NCBI RefSeq assembly: GCF_000143415.4
Contig: NW_003314274.1
Location: 142,483-206,482 of the forward strand
Direction: 5' to 3'
From: Selaginella moellendorffii
Taxonomy: Eukaryota; Plantae; Lycopodiophyta
DNA: 64,000 nucleotides
Under the pieces are notes generated by a model. It saw only the letters and a list, made by a program, of their open reading frames with translations, was not told the origin of the DNA and ran no database searches. Positions within the stretch are counted from its first letter, which is position 1, and each line of letters opens with the position of its first letter. Below are positions 13,259 through 25,568 of the stretch, one piece after another. The position numbers and the translations under genes were made by a program.

Positions 13259-15748
13259 CTGTTCAGAAATGCACAACAGTTAGAGCTGACAGATGAAAAA
13301 CTAGCAGCTGGAAATAACGTGAGGCCACACGCCATTCACCACTGCATCAGATGTCTTGAGGCTGCATCCTAAGATGGCGTGAGGCTACACGCCATCTGTA
13401 ACCAGACTGCACTCGAGAGCCCAATTGGTGCATGCCAATGTTGCTACTGAATGGCATGTGGCCTCATGCCATTTTCTACTTGGCCTAAAAGACTTACAAT
13501 TTGAAGCCGAATGGAGGCGTGACAATCGAGGCCGGACTCACTGGCGAATGTGCACTGTGTGTGTAGCGGATCGTAGCAGCAAGGCTACTCTGCCACTTAC
13601 AGTTAGAGAGTGGTGCTGAAATCTCTCGGGACGCCAAATGGGCTGTGTGTGGGTGGCGGAGTGGGTGGCGGAGTTGGCGGCGAAGTTACAAACTGGGTGT
13701 GTTTTGAAGTGGACGCCGATGCACATGAGCGCGATGCGAGCGCGAGTGGACGCCGATGCACATGAGAAACCTGTAGAGAAGGTAGATGAGCGCGAATGTG
13801 AGCGTGATCGCGAGTGGGAGTGCGATGCGAGCACGAGTGTGCAAGCGCGATGCGAGCACGAGTACGAAGCAAAATGCAAAACCTAACCTCACACACGCGA
13901 AATGTCACGACGGTTGGTAATCCCGCAACGTCATCATTCCTCGGACTTGGGCGCCACCATTAATTTCTGGATTGCCGTGCGCATGCATGCACGTGAAATC
14001 CAAAAGAAATCCGCAACGTCATCATTCCTCGGACTGCATGCATGCGAAATCCAAAAGAAAGATCATGATTGGGATATCATTTAATACCCTCGCTATATTT
14101 ATACCATGCATGATTGGATATTCCAAAGCATCTTGTATTTCCAAAAATGCCAGATGTTCAGCTAAATAAAGAATGGTATACAATGTCCTTCTTGATGACC
14201 CTGCAAAGAAGCATCTCGATCGGACACCACATGAGACCACACGAGCCTTACAATGTTTCAGGGGCATTTGCCATAGATCCGACCGTTATTTTGCTCCAAG
14301 ATTCTACAGTTTGGTGTGCATTGACCTTTCCATCGACACTGCAAAGGGACATCACAATCAGATGCAGGATCACAAGAAACTAACTTCATTAACTCTGGTT
14401 TCACCAAGATCTACGTAAGGAGTTATGAAATGAAAGGACCCTCTCTATTGAAATGTGTTTATGGTCCTAGGGGCATTGTGACATATCAAAGGATTATGCA
14501 TCAAGTTCTGTATTTGCATGTTTATCAAGCTACTGAATTGCTAAACCCTAAACCCTCCCTAAATATGTGGCAAATGCTACGTGAAGAAAGATGCCCTTTC
14601 TGGGCAAATGCTGTAAGAGGCAGATGCCGAGCAGATGTATCTCAGGCTAGCGAAGGGGACAAATGAAAACTAGCTATAAACATGATGGGATGCAAATAGA
14701 TTACTAGGCTGGTCCTGCAAAAATCAAAAACCATAATTGAAAACATTGAAAATGCAAAAAGAAAGGTTTATAATATTTTTGAATTTTAAGCAACCAAAGG
14801 AATGTAAGTAGGGCATGTTTTTGTAAGTTTAAAAATGCCTCAACCACTTAAATTCCCAAGTAAATAAAGTTGTTTCTATTTTTGGTACAGGTAAACTTTA
14901 TAGCGTGCGGGCTCATGCAATTTTAAACCCAAAAATGCACCAAAAAATGCTCGACTAGCATTATTCTTTGAATGGCGTGTGGCCTTATATTGCCATAAAT
15001 GGACGTACACACACAGCATAATTATTCCTTTACACGGTGAATAATCTTGGTGCGGATCGCTGACATAGCATGGCAAAGTTCGAATCACTGACATGGCACA
15101 GCTGGATCGAAGCAAGGACATGATGTGACAAAGTTCAACGTCCGACAGCAAAGTCTAGAAGCTACTCAGTTTGAAATTTGTCAGAGGAATCATAAGATCT
15201 GGTTTGTCAGAGGATTTGATGTGACGTTCAAGCGTGTGTTATTTTTGAATTCTCAAACTCATTCCTAGGATTATCATTTTTGTGTGCCATGTTCTTGGTT
15301 CTGCTGAGCGTAGTGAGCGCTGCTTGTGTAAGCGGCGTTGTGAGCTGTGGTTTATGCATCTACGAGCGGTTGCGGCATTGCGAGCGCCATTGCGAGCGGC
15401 AGTTTATGCGAGTGGCAGTTTGTGCAAGCGGCGCTACAAGCAGTTGCGGTGGTGCGAGCAGAGCTACGGTACCACTAATGGTATAAGGGCTCATGCCATC
15501 TTGGGGCTTGCAAGTTCATCACTAGCATATTGCCAATAGTTTCTTTACCTGCCTGTAGCTGTGTGTTTATCAAGATTGCATGAGGCCTCATGCCAATTTT
15601 GTGAATGCGAAATTTCACGTGGGTGTCAATAGCATGTTTGAATAATGGCATGTGGCCTCATGCTATTGAGGTTGTTTGGTATGTTATGATTTAGGTCATT
15701 CTCCAATCATTTTTTGTATGATTTTAACTTCTTTTCTGCACTTTCAGA

Positions 15749-16612
15749 ATGGCCTCTGCAAGTGCGACGCATGTTCCCTCCGTGGATCTTAAGAACTGTG
15801 CTACATGGATTCAGGCAAAGGTGTTTCTAAACAACCCCGAGGGGGAGGTGGTAGCTGAGGGCTTAGCCACAGTTGTCGATCCAAAAGATGCGGTTGCTAA
15901 TCAAGAATTGGGCTGGGATGATATTGGAGTTGCGATTTTAGAGGTTGTTGACACAGAAGAAAACAGTTTGACTATTGGAAGCATTGTGCGGTGGAAATTG
16001 AGGCACTTAGTGTTTGAGAATGTGAAGGATTCACAATCAAACACCACTACAACTGATGACAGAACATCTCTTCATGGGAAAAGAAAGTACACCTTCCTAA
16101 AGTGCAGCCAAAGGGATCTGAGCAACAAACAGAAAAGGCAGAAAATGGCGATGGAGTTTCGAATGGTCTCGACAGTTGCTTGTTGCAAAAGGAGGTGCTG
16201 TCAACATGCTGATTGGGATGTTATTGAAGAGGAGAGAGCAAGATACAAGACATTGTCCTGGAAGGCAGCTCGCAATTTTGTGTATGAGGCATTACGGTCA
16301 TCTGTTGATGCTTCAAAACATCAGGTGGGGGGCATGGTCTTCCAGAGGGGTTTGGTCTGCATGAAGGCATGGAGAATCATTTATGGAGTCCGTCGAACCA
16401 CATTCTACAGAATCAAAACTGAGTTCGAGGAACAAAGGGTTCAACAGGCAGTCCATGGGAACGACAGTACTCACAAAACCAGGGGTCATGTTGTATATGG
16501 AGAGGCAATCTTCAAGAGGTTTGTCGAGACATGTAGCGAGCAGCAACCACATAAAACCCGCCTCTTGGAAGATGGAACACAAGACACCCAACGAGTTCTC
16601 CCTTCCATGTAA
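15749..16612 (+). pseudogene. Truncated transposase (Sola-like N-terminal region; no catalytic core seen)
   Basis: 287-aa ORF after an intron acceptor (tttcag|aATG). CCKRRC...VCMKAWRIIYGVRRTTFYRI...HGN resembles recalled Sola2-type N-termini. It ends at a probable splice donor about 470 bp from the TIR. Confidence 0.65.
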
Positions 16613-17429
16613 TTCCTTAATAATATGAATGTTATTTAGTTTCATGAAAATACACTAAGGGTCAAATGAGTTAAATGACTTCTCCAGACTAGCAATGCCT
16701 CTTGCTACACAATTAAATTCGTTAGAAAAAGATAACATTGAATAATATCTAAATGTTCTCACCATTAAGTTATATGTCTGGCTAATAGGAATGACGTTCA
16801 TCTTGGAAAGCTCACCACACGCTCAATGAACAAACAAATAGTGTGTGCACGCATGCCATCGCTCTTCTTTAGCTTCAGATTCGGCTTGTTCACCTTGACA
16901 ATGAGATTTATTATACAACCAGATGGACTCAGTTTGGACACAAAGTCACCGTGCTAATCACAATGCCCCAGATATGTCTAGCCCCTGGACAAAAAACATA
17001 TAATTTCACGTCATTTTCAAATACTTGAAAATTTGTACCTAGTCCCATTTTACTGAATAAATCCCACTTTAACGAAATAGAGCTTAGGAGGAGTTGTACC
17101 ATGTGCCATGAACGCCACCATCAATTGAGTTTTTTGTTCAATTGCAAGCATATAGCATCAAACAATTGTACCAACTACTGCTCTAGAGTCAAAGGAGGAG
17201 ATTGCTGATCTGCCATGGAGACGAATGAAAAAAAAAGAGCAAAAGAAGAGAAATGACAAAAAGCTAGAAGGAAATGGTAGATCTAGATAATGCAAAAAGC
17301 TAAATCTAAACCAAAATCCTGAAAGGAAAGAACAAAATAAAGAAAATGGAAAAAGCTAAATCTAAATAATGCAAAAGCTAAATTTAAATTGAAATCCCAA
17401 ATCCAAGCACTCCCCAAGGACAATCAAAG

Positions 17430-17448
17430 CTACCCCTCACCTCCACCA
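17430..17448 (-). other. Primer-binding site, tRNA-Ala-like
   Basis: Minus strand TGGTGGAGGTGAGGGGTAG, 1 nt from the 5' LTR, resembles the complement of the plant tRNA-Ala 3' end (TGGTGGAGATGCGGGGTATC). Confidence 0.7.
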
Positions 17449-17449
17449 A

Positions 17450-17624
17450 TGTGAGTGCATGGAATATGGAAAGGGAATACAGAAATGTGCATATCAATTA
17501 ACCCAAAAACATTAGCTTATATACAGAAGCGAGTGGTCCGGATTGAAACCAATCCGATAACTTCTAAAATCCCACTATGCTAATATTAGTATACGGCATC
17601 GTAGCCGTACACTTGGCCCTCACA
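17450..17624 (-). repeat. 5' LTR (175 bp) of the gypsy element
   Basis: TG...CA termini, aligns to 5492-5668. Confidence 0.92.
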
Positions 17625-17693
17625 TAATTAAATTTCTTATTTATCTCCTTATCACTATAAGTTTTTTTATTGCTATCAAGACTTGCATCATTT

Positions 17694-18170
17694 GAAGAGG
17701 TAGGCTCATGATGATTTGTACCTAAAATATTTTATAAATCTCTCATACTGATTATAACAAGCACTTACTTTTATTATATACTCTCTTTTATCATTTTTCA
17801 AATGCCTTATATTCTGAAAAGGTAGGCTCATGATAATTTTTACCTAAAATATTTTATAAAACTCCCATAATAATTATGAAAAACACTTATCTTTATCATA
17901 TACTCTCTTTTGTCATTTTTCAAATACCTTATATACTAAAGAGGTAGACTCATGATTATCTGTACTTAAAATGTTTTATAAACTTCTAATAATAATTATA
18001 AGAAGTAATTAACTTTATTATGTGCCCTCTTTTTCATTTTTTAAATACCTCATTTGTTATAAAGTTAAGCTTATGATCTGTACTTAAAATATATTATAAA
18101 ATTTCATAATAATTATAAAAATTACTTACTTTTATCATGCATCCTTTTTTATTATTTTTGAAATACCTCA
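17694..18170. repeat. AT-rich tandem repeat, about 4 x 122 bp, diverged
   Basis: Unit starting GAAGAGGTAGGCTCATGA recurs at 17694, 17816, 17938 and about 18060. Confidence 0.85.
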
Positions 18171-21100
18171 TCTATTGTATCTTGTGGCATCTTGCTTCCA
18201 TTAAAAACTTTTTTAGATTTTTTACTTCCTTTTATTCTTTTCTCTTAGCCTTCTGTTTTGGTTCTCCTTAGCGTTAAAATTGCCACTTTAAATCCTGGAG
18301 ATTTTAGCCTTTACTTGCCTGTTGTCTAAGATGAAGTTGCTCACCCTTCCTCTAATTTTTACTTTTGTGGAACTGTTTTTGAAAGGAAAGGACAAAAGTC
18401 AAATTTCTTAAGCATTTTAACTTTTTTTTGCAAGTTTTCCTCCAGACCTTATATGACCCTAGTGCCTTGATAACCCAAGAGTATTCCAACTTGTAGAATT
18501 GTATAGCACCCATACTCCAAGACACAAGCCTCTTTAAGAACTTTTTGAACTTTATACTGAGCAATTCTTAATTGTAAGGTTCCACTATAATACCATATTC
18601 CTTTCCAATAATTTAGAATGTTAAAGCTTCTTTTTCCAAAAGTAAGATCCTCATCTTCTAGTGTCAAGTTGTCATGGATGTCTTATTTGTTATGAAAATT
18701 AACCACCTGCATCTTCCTTATCAAAAAAACATTCAATGTTTAATTTATCTTTAACCCTAGCCTTTTGAAGGAAGTTGGACACCAACAATGTTTGTTTGTG
18801 TCCATAGAAAATCAAAACCTTGCAACTATAATTCTTGTTGCTGACAACTCAAAAAAAAAACATTTTATTTGATCTTTCACCTTTAAATCTGCCAATTCTT
18901 GATCTCTTTTTAAATCTATAACTAGTAGTTTGATTATGTTATCTTTTTGTGTTAACCATATAGGCCAAGCATTCTGATTATTATCTATGTTGAAAACTCT
19001 ATATGGATTAGCCTTATTTTGAAGTGCTAGAAAAACTCAAGCTAGAAAGGGTGGTTTTTTTCTAGTTTGATTCATAAAAGCTTTTATATAAACTTTGTTG
19101 TCTAAAATCAAAGATCAAAATCCTCATTTTAAATCTTCATATTCTGCATAAAAGATTCTCTGCTAGTGTTTATAGTTTAACCCTTCAACTACTTCTTAAC
19201 ACAAAACATTCAATAGGGAAAGTTCTCCTTTTAGCTCTATATTCTAACCTAATAATACTCATGCACTGCTTGAATATGACTATAAAAGTGATTTCGGGCT
19301 TGCTCTAAAACAGCTTCAGCAAGTATATTTAACAATATTTTAAAAGTTTCACCATAAATTATGATTTTAGGTTCTTTGAACTACGAGTTTTACCTCTTGT
19401 ATGAGCATAAATAGATATTGTCACATTGAAGCTCCTCCAAAGCATTCAATAGGGAAAGTTCTTGTACTATAAAATGAACCATTTTGAATATTATCTATAA
19501 CACTTATATCACCATCAGTAAGACTATTATACAATGTCCTATGTAGAAAAGTCACTAATTTTACTGCTATTAAAAATAAGGTGAGAAAAATAGAAGATTG
19601 TTAACTTATATATTATTTTGTAAATAAAAAATAACATAAAAAATTATAGTAAAAAATAATTAAAACATTTTTTAGCTTTATTTTTATATTTTTATAAAAT
19701 TAGACTTTTTAGCTACTAGATATAAAAACACATATACACACATGTATAGCCAAAACTATAGTGGGGATATTAGTCAATTGTCACTTAGCATTATATAGGT
19801 TCATGTGTCACTCCCTTATAGTTTATTATATCTAGAGCATGTTCTTGCTAAAGTAAAACACTATGAGAACTTATTATGGATTGCATCTTTAATTCAGGAA
19901 AACAAAAGGCTATTCTCTTCCCCATATTAGAATTATTCTTCTTTTTCCTTTTTGCCCCTTTTTCATTTCTCCTCATCTTTGATTTGCAAATATTTTTTTG
20001 TTACAAGTTTTAGACAACAAAAATTATTGCTAATGCAAACTGTATATTGATCAAGAGCTTACAATTTTTCATGGTATTTTTTTCACTTATGCACCTAAAT
20101 TAGGAGTTGAACTCTAAATTGTTTTATAAAATAAAGGGACTTGGAGTATGGTATTAATTAGGGCAAGACCTTTGATTATCTACAAAAATGGATAAACTAA
20201 ATTCAAGTTATATAGAACACTTTAAACTTCTTGTATTACCATAAGAACTTAAAGCTTTTATATAATTATTGAAACAACCATAAACTACAATAATTTTTTA
20301 AGTTACTTTGCTTTAGTTCTAAGTTATGGCATTGAAGTTAGTGTTTGTGCCATGCCTTTGTGTTTTATTTTAACACACTAGTGTAACAATCAATACCTAT
20401 CTTTGCATCCTGTCTCCAATTAACCTCCAAGACCATTGTTAACTTGGGCTCACTACAACTGCAAAATACATCTAACAAAAGTTGTGTCTTTATTTCTTTG
20501 GTTATCTTACCATATTCAATAATCTTTCAAAGCTGGTTTATATGTAGATTTATAAGGTTGATTAATTCAGCTGGTTCGAATTAAACTCATATACATTTTT
20601 ATCACAAATTAAAACTCATATAAGTTCTATTCTCGCTCAAGCAACTTTATCCCAAACTACAGTTGCAGTGTGAACTTTGTAAAAAGTTAGGGGTAAAGTC
20701 TAAGAGATGTGATTTGGAAAGAATGGCATCGCATCAATCAACTCCTTAGGCTCTTCAACTTCAAGACCTCACAATCCATAGCACTATTGTATGAGCAACA
20801 ATTGTTGATACATAAGAGCTCCAAGTTTGTCCATTGCTTGTTATGGTTGGTTGTGGCATAAAAAAATGAAACGTTCAGCTAAAAATCACTTGATCTAATA
20901 TATATATATGCACAAGTGTGAGAGAGATCAAGGGAATTTCTAGAGATTGAGAGAGCACAATGAGGTACATTTCTTTCCACTTGCTATAAAGTTCTCCCCT
21001 CTCATAAATATGATTGCATGACCACTTCATACAACAGATTGGTGACCATTTGCAAGATTGTGAATTTCCTTAGATCAACATATTTATATTTGTCACCACC

Positions 21101-23829
21101 AAACATAGATTTATGGAGTGTGTTCTTGAAGATTTAGGAACATGTTGGATGCATGGATTAGTAACACTTCTCTTCTTATCTCAAATCTTAAAGTTAGACT
21201 TTCTAGGAATTCTTGAGTTTTTTGTGCCATTTTCGTGTTAGGATGCATAACTGGAGTTAAGATTCTTAGGAATTCATTGCATATTGGTTGTTTTTCTTCC
21301 TAGAGATATGATAGAATAAGATTCAATGTTTTATTCTTGGTTTTGAGTCTTTTGTTGTGTTATTTGTTTTCTAGGCAAATATTTCATCTTGTTTCTCATT
21401 TGGTATCAGAAAATCTCATTCTTGCATTGTATCAGTGTCACATATAGTCATTTTCCCCTATCACATTTATTTTTCTTCTCTCTGTTTGGCTTTTTCATGC
21501 TTTATACATGACTTTACATTTCAAACACAACAACCACATCCAGGTGACAGCTCAACACCACATAAATCTACCACATCATTTAGAGTGCCCTCTCTAGCTG
21601 CCAAATTAGCATTACCAATTTCCTACCTTCCATCTATACCTTAATTTTGACGGTTTTTGATACCCCTTAAAAGGTGTTTTATTTTTCATAGAATAGAAAA
21701 TTTTAATTAAGCCTTTTAAAAGAAGTATTATGATGAAAAAAATACTTTAAAAAAGAAAGGTGTTTAATGATATCAACCTTCAAAAGAAAGGCAATGTTGT
21801 AAAAAAAAATTTAACTTTTGTATTAGTTTTGAACCTTAAACATATAAACAAGGGATGTGGCAGCCTCAATAGGGTTGCCACCATATTGTGGGCCTAGTGT
21901 CAAGTTAGTCTATCTTAAGTAGCACTAAACTCTCATTTTAGGGTTAAATTCTCACAATACCAACAGTAACAGTAGACAATTCTAGGATGGGAAGGCCCAA
22001 AAAAGACATCAAGCAATCAACTTTGGGTAATATTTTAAATAATAATATTTTTAAGGTATTAGACCAAGAAAAAAAAGGTGGGGGAAATGCTTAATACTTC
22101 AAAAAGGATTGGCAATTGATTTATCCTTGGCTTCTTAGAGTTAGTGTTTTGGGGGTTGTGATAGTGATCCCATTTAACACTATAGAATGTGAATAAGGTT
22201 TTAAAAAGTAAAAAAACATTAAAACTAAAAGCTTTAAACATGCTAATATTCTTCTCACTTTCAGCTTTGATACTATAGATGTAAATTACCAACTTATATT
22301 TAATTATTGGCAAGAAAAAAAAAGTGCATCTTGAGCTTTGAGTGTACTTAAAGGTTATATAAAATAAAAGCTTGCTTTTGAAACCCAAAACATTTTTTAA
22401 ACTTTCAAGATGAAAGGTAGATCAAAACTAAAATTTTCAAAAGAAAAAAAGGGTGTGCCTTTCAAAATCAAGGCATGCCTCCATCAAATTGACCTTGTGA
22501 CACCTTAGGTGCACAACACTATCTACCTTCAAATCAAAGCAACTCCCACACATAAGCATCTTTCCACCAAGAGCTCCACAAAAAGGGGAGAGGGCTACCA
22601 CTCACGACTCAGTTGCCACTAATGCTTAACCAACACCTACCAACACAAGCTTTCCCACGAAGTTACAACCCAACTCATACTCAATCTCGGCAAAGCTACT
22701 AAATGTAGACCACACCAATAGCAACACTGTTTTTCCCTCCAAGAAGATTCATACCCACCTTCTTAACCCTTGCCCTAGTAATAGCAGCCAACCTTGCTTA
22801 ACATGGATCACCTACTTGCACAAAGGAGCCACTAGTTTGGTGATTGCGAGGACAAACAATAATGCCCACACCATAAGCAGCATGCAAATCCAAGCCAATC
22901 CTCCCCAAGGCAAGCATCTGAGAGAGTGTCATAGCAATCTTTGCCCACCCGAAACTCCTTCAGTGATAGCTTGTAGATCTCGCCTACTAGGTATGCTGCT
23001 CACGACTTTGGTGGACATCCAACATATGGCAATCTGCCAAGGCCACCACCACACCCACCACTATTGCCGGCATTTCTAGGACCTCCATCACAAGGACTAA
23101 ACATGGCCACCATACCATATGCAATGGTAGAAGCAGTGCTCTCCACAATAGCTATTGGCACCCATGTACTTGATGATGAGATCATTCTACTTGTGGCCTA
23201 GATGATCTAACAGCCCAGGGAACACCACAAAGAGGCACTAACTTAGGTGCAACCATGGCTCTACACTAGAGCCACAACCTCCTCACCAATGCAGCCATTC
23301 CACCAACCATCTTTAGAGGAGCCATATGTGTTGCCACCCACCTAGTGCCAACACTCATGCCACCCCTGTTGCAAGGTGAACAACAAGCCCAATTGGGAAT
23401 AAAAGGTGACGAGATGACCACCCTCAACTCTGGTGACATCCTATATTACCCCTTCGAAAATTGGTAAGGCACGTCCCAATGATAGCTCCTTATCCATGTC
23501 AACTATGAAGAATTTCAATTTGCCCAAGCCTTACCATGGTTCGAAACCTTGTACTTGCCACCTTTAAATACCAAGATTTCTACCTCTAGCTAATGGAATA
23601 ACCAAATATCTTTTACATCATACTTAAAGAGGAGGGACACTATAGGGCCCTTTTTGGCCAAAGGTGCTTTCAATATAAAGACTACCTCGTATATGCACAA
23701 AGCACTTCATCTACAAACAAAGCATGCCTTTGTCACTTCCCCACCCATTGTGCCCTTTCACACTCAATATTACTAGGTGGAACAATGTTGCTATACAAAA
23801 GATCTTCCACCCAATTGGCAACTTCATCC

Positions 23830-25568
23830 TGTGAGACACAAAATCCCTAGGCCCCAAAGTGGAGCCGGAAGGGCGCCACATGGTAGTGGCCAAAGCGAGA
23901 GCCAAACGAGCGTAACACGTTTGGACCAAAAGCTCCGACTTGAAAAGTCAAGAGCGGGAGTGGAACTCCCAACGAAGTGCTCGAGGAATGAGCACGAAGC
24001 GAGCAAAAGGTGAGGCTCCAAAAAGGGACCCAAAAGGACCAACACATGACACGTGGGAGTCCGAGATGGAGTCCGAGGTGGACCCGAGATGGACCCGAGT
24101 TGGAGTCCAAAGTGGAGTCCGAGATGGACCCGAGATGGAGTCCGAGATGGAGTCCGAGATGGAGTCCGAGGTGGACCCGAGATGGACCCGAGTTGGAGTC
24201 CGAAGTGGAGTCCGAGATGGACCCGAGATGGAGTCCGAGATGGAGTCCGAGGTGGAGTCCGAGGTGGACCCGAGATGGACCCGAAATGGAGTCCGAGATG
24301 GACCCGAAATGCAGTCCGAGATGGAGTCCGAGATGGACCCAAGATGGAGTCCGAGATGGAGTCCGAGATGGACCCGAGATGGACCCGAGATGGAGTCCGA
24401 GATGGAGTCCGAGATGGAGTCCGAAGTCGAGACCGAGACCGGGACCGAGACCGGGACCGAGACCGAGACCAAGATCGAAGCCGAGGCCGAGACCGAGCCC
24501 GAGCCCGAGTCCGAGTCCGAGTCCGAATCCGAGTCCGAGTCCGAGTCCGAGTCCGAGTCCGAGTCCGAGTCCGGAGCCTGAGAGGGTGAAAGCCCAAAGC
24601 GTTCGTCTCCCAGACCCTGGGGGGTTTGGTGAGCTCCAAAAGTATAGTAGGGGGAGGACTGCAGTGGAGCCAGTTTGGCCAGGAAAGGCCAGTTTGGCCC
24701 AGGAAGGCCGGACCCAGTGTTGGGTGATGAGATGCCCACTGGGAAGTCCAAGACTAGAGTGAACACGGACCGACAAGCGGGGTGAAGTGTTCAAGAGCCG
24801 GCTCTAGTTCCCCCGGGAGATCGACTGGCCGATGCTCCCAGTCCAAGTGTGGGTGGCACTACCTACTTGGATACCTGGTGTGGCTCAATGGAACCCGCTC
24901 TAAGCCCATGGCTAGAGCACCCAAGGGCAGAAGGCGAGGAGAGTACCCAGGTGGCTCGAGTAAGGCCACGGTGTTCCGAAATGTTGTCCCAAAGGCCCAG
25001 ACTGTGGAAAGGAAGAGGAGCAGTCCTCTGGGGTAGTGACCAAGGACACAGTCGTGTGGTGAGGAAGTCCTAGAGGACCGTAGGACTAAGTGGTCGGGCC
25101 TGTGGGTCTCGATCCAGTGGCAGTGTTGGCAAACACGGCCAGGGGCAGAAAGGGACTTAGTGGGGACTGACAGAGGGATATTGGGGAAGGCTATTCCCCT
25201 TGTCGGTGGGCATCCTAAGGATGCTAAGGAGTGGATCTGAGATGACCACTCACGGATGGTTTGCCTAGTCTTGGAGGGCCAAGACGGAGATGCAAGTGGT
25301 GTTGGACCACCAGTGTGACCAAGGTAAATGGGCATGGCCTTAGCGTAACGGGCCGGTACGTCGGTGATACCTTGGGGTGTCGATCATGGGATCGGACACG
25401 TGGAGCACTTGGACCAAGTGCTAAGGTTGAGTGGCATGGATGCCATTCTCGGGGCTAGCAAGCCCCAAGTCCTGAGTTGGACTTATGGAGGTTGTCAATG
25501 AGACTCCTCCAAGTGGTCAGACATGTGGTTAAGTGACTAAAGTAAAATGGAAAATTTAGTCTCTTACA
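23830..25568 (+). repeat. 5' LTR (1739 bp) with internal GAGTCC/GAGATG/GAGACC hexamer arrays at about 24057-24572
   Basis: Direct repeat of 29631-31393. Confidence 0.95.

Larger units (their letters stand above)
10328..16859. repeat. About 12 dispersed copies of a 22-bp palindrome, consensus ATGGCRTGWGGCCWCAYGCCAT
   Basis: Copies start at 10328, 11402, 11477, 12713, 13314, 13374, 13451, 14972 (3-nt insert), 15478, 15575, 15645, 16838. None was noticed outside the TIR element. Confidence 0.85.
9942..17085. mobile_element. 7.1-kb TIR DNA transposon (Sola-like, non-autonomous) inserted in the gypsy gag
   Basis: Perfect 24-bp TIR AAGCTCTATTTCGTTAAAGTGGGA (9942-9965) and its reverse complement (17062-17085). 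4-bp TSD AGGA at 9938-9941 and 17086-17089. Gag sequence continues on both sides. Confidence 0.93.
5492..17624 (-). mobile_element. Decayed Ty3/gypsy LTR retrotransposon without a chromodomain; about 5.0 kb after removing the nested DNA transposon
   Basis: Direct repeats TGTGAG...CTCACA at 5492-5668 and 17450-17624, roughly 90% identical by eye. PPT inside the left LTR, PBS inside the right LTR. Order gag-PR-RT-RH-INT on the minus strand. Flanks GAAT/TAAT may be a degenerate TSD. Confidence 0.92.

Noticed and set aside
21395-21415. PBS-like TGGTATCAGA after CA, and a PPT-like AAAGAGGAGGGA near 23626
   Set aside because: No paired LTRs or recognisable domains found; 18.2-23.8 kb is probably old TE debris but cannot be delimited.
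24057-24572. Possible CRISPR-like array
   Set aside because: Contiguous tandem units with no unique spacers, no cas genes, eukaryotic context. The 22-bp palindromes at 10-17 kb are irregularly spaced and are not an array either.
23824-24794. Long ORFs in all six frames (RTRTRT, SDSDSD, GLGLGL, ESESES), repeated at 29568-30619
   Set aside because: Produced by stop-free hexamer arrays inside LTRs; no protein-family features.
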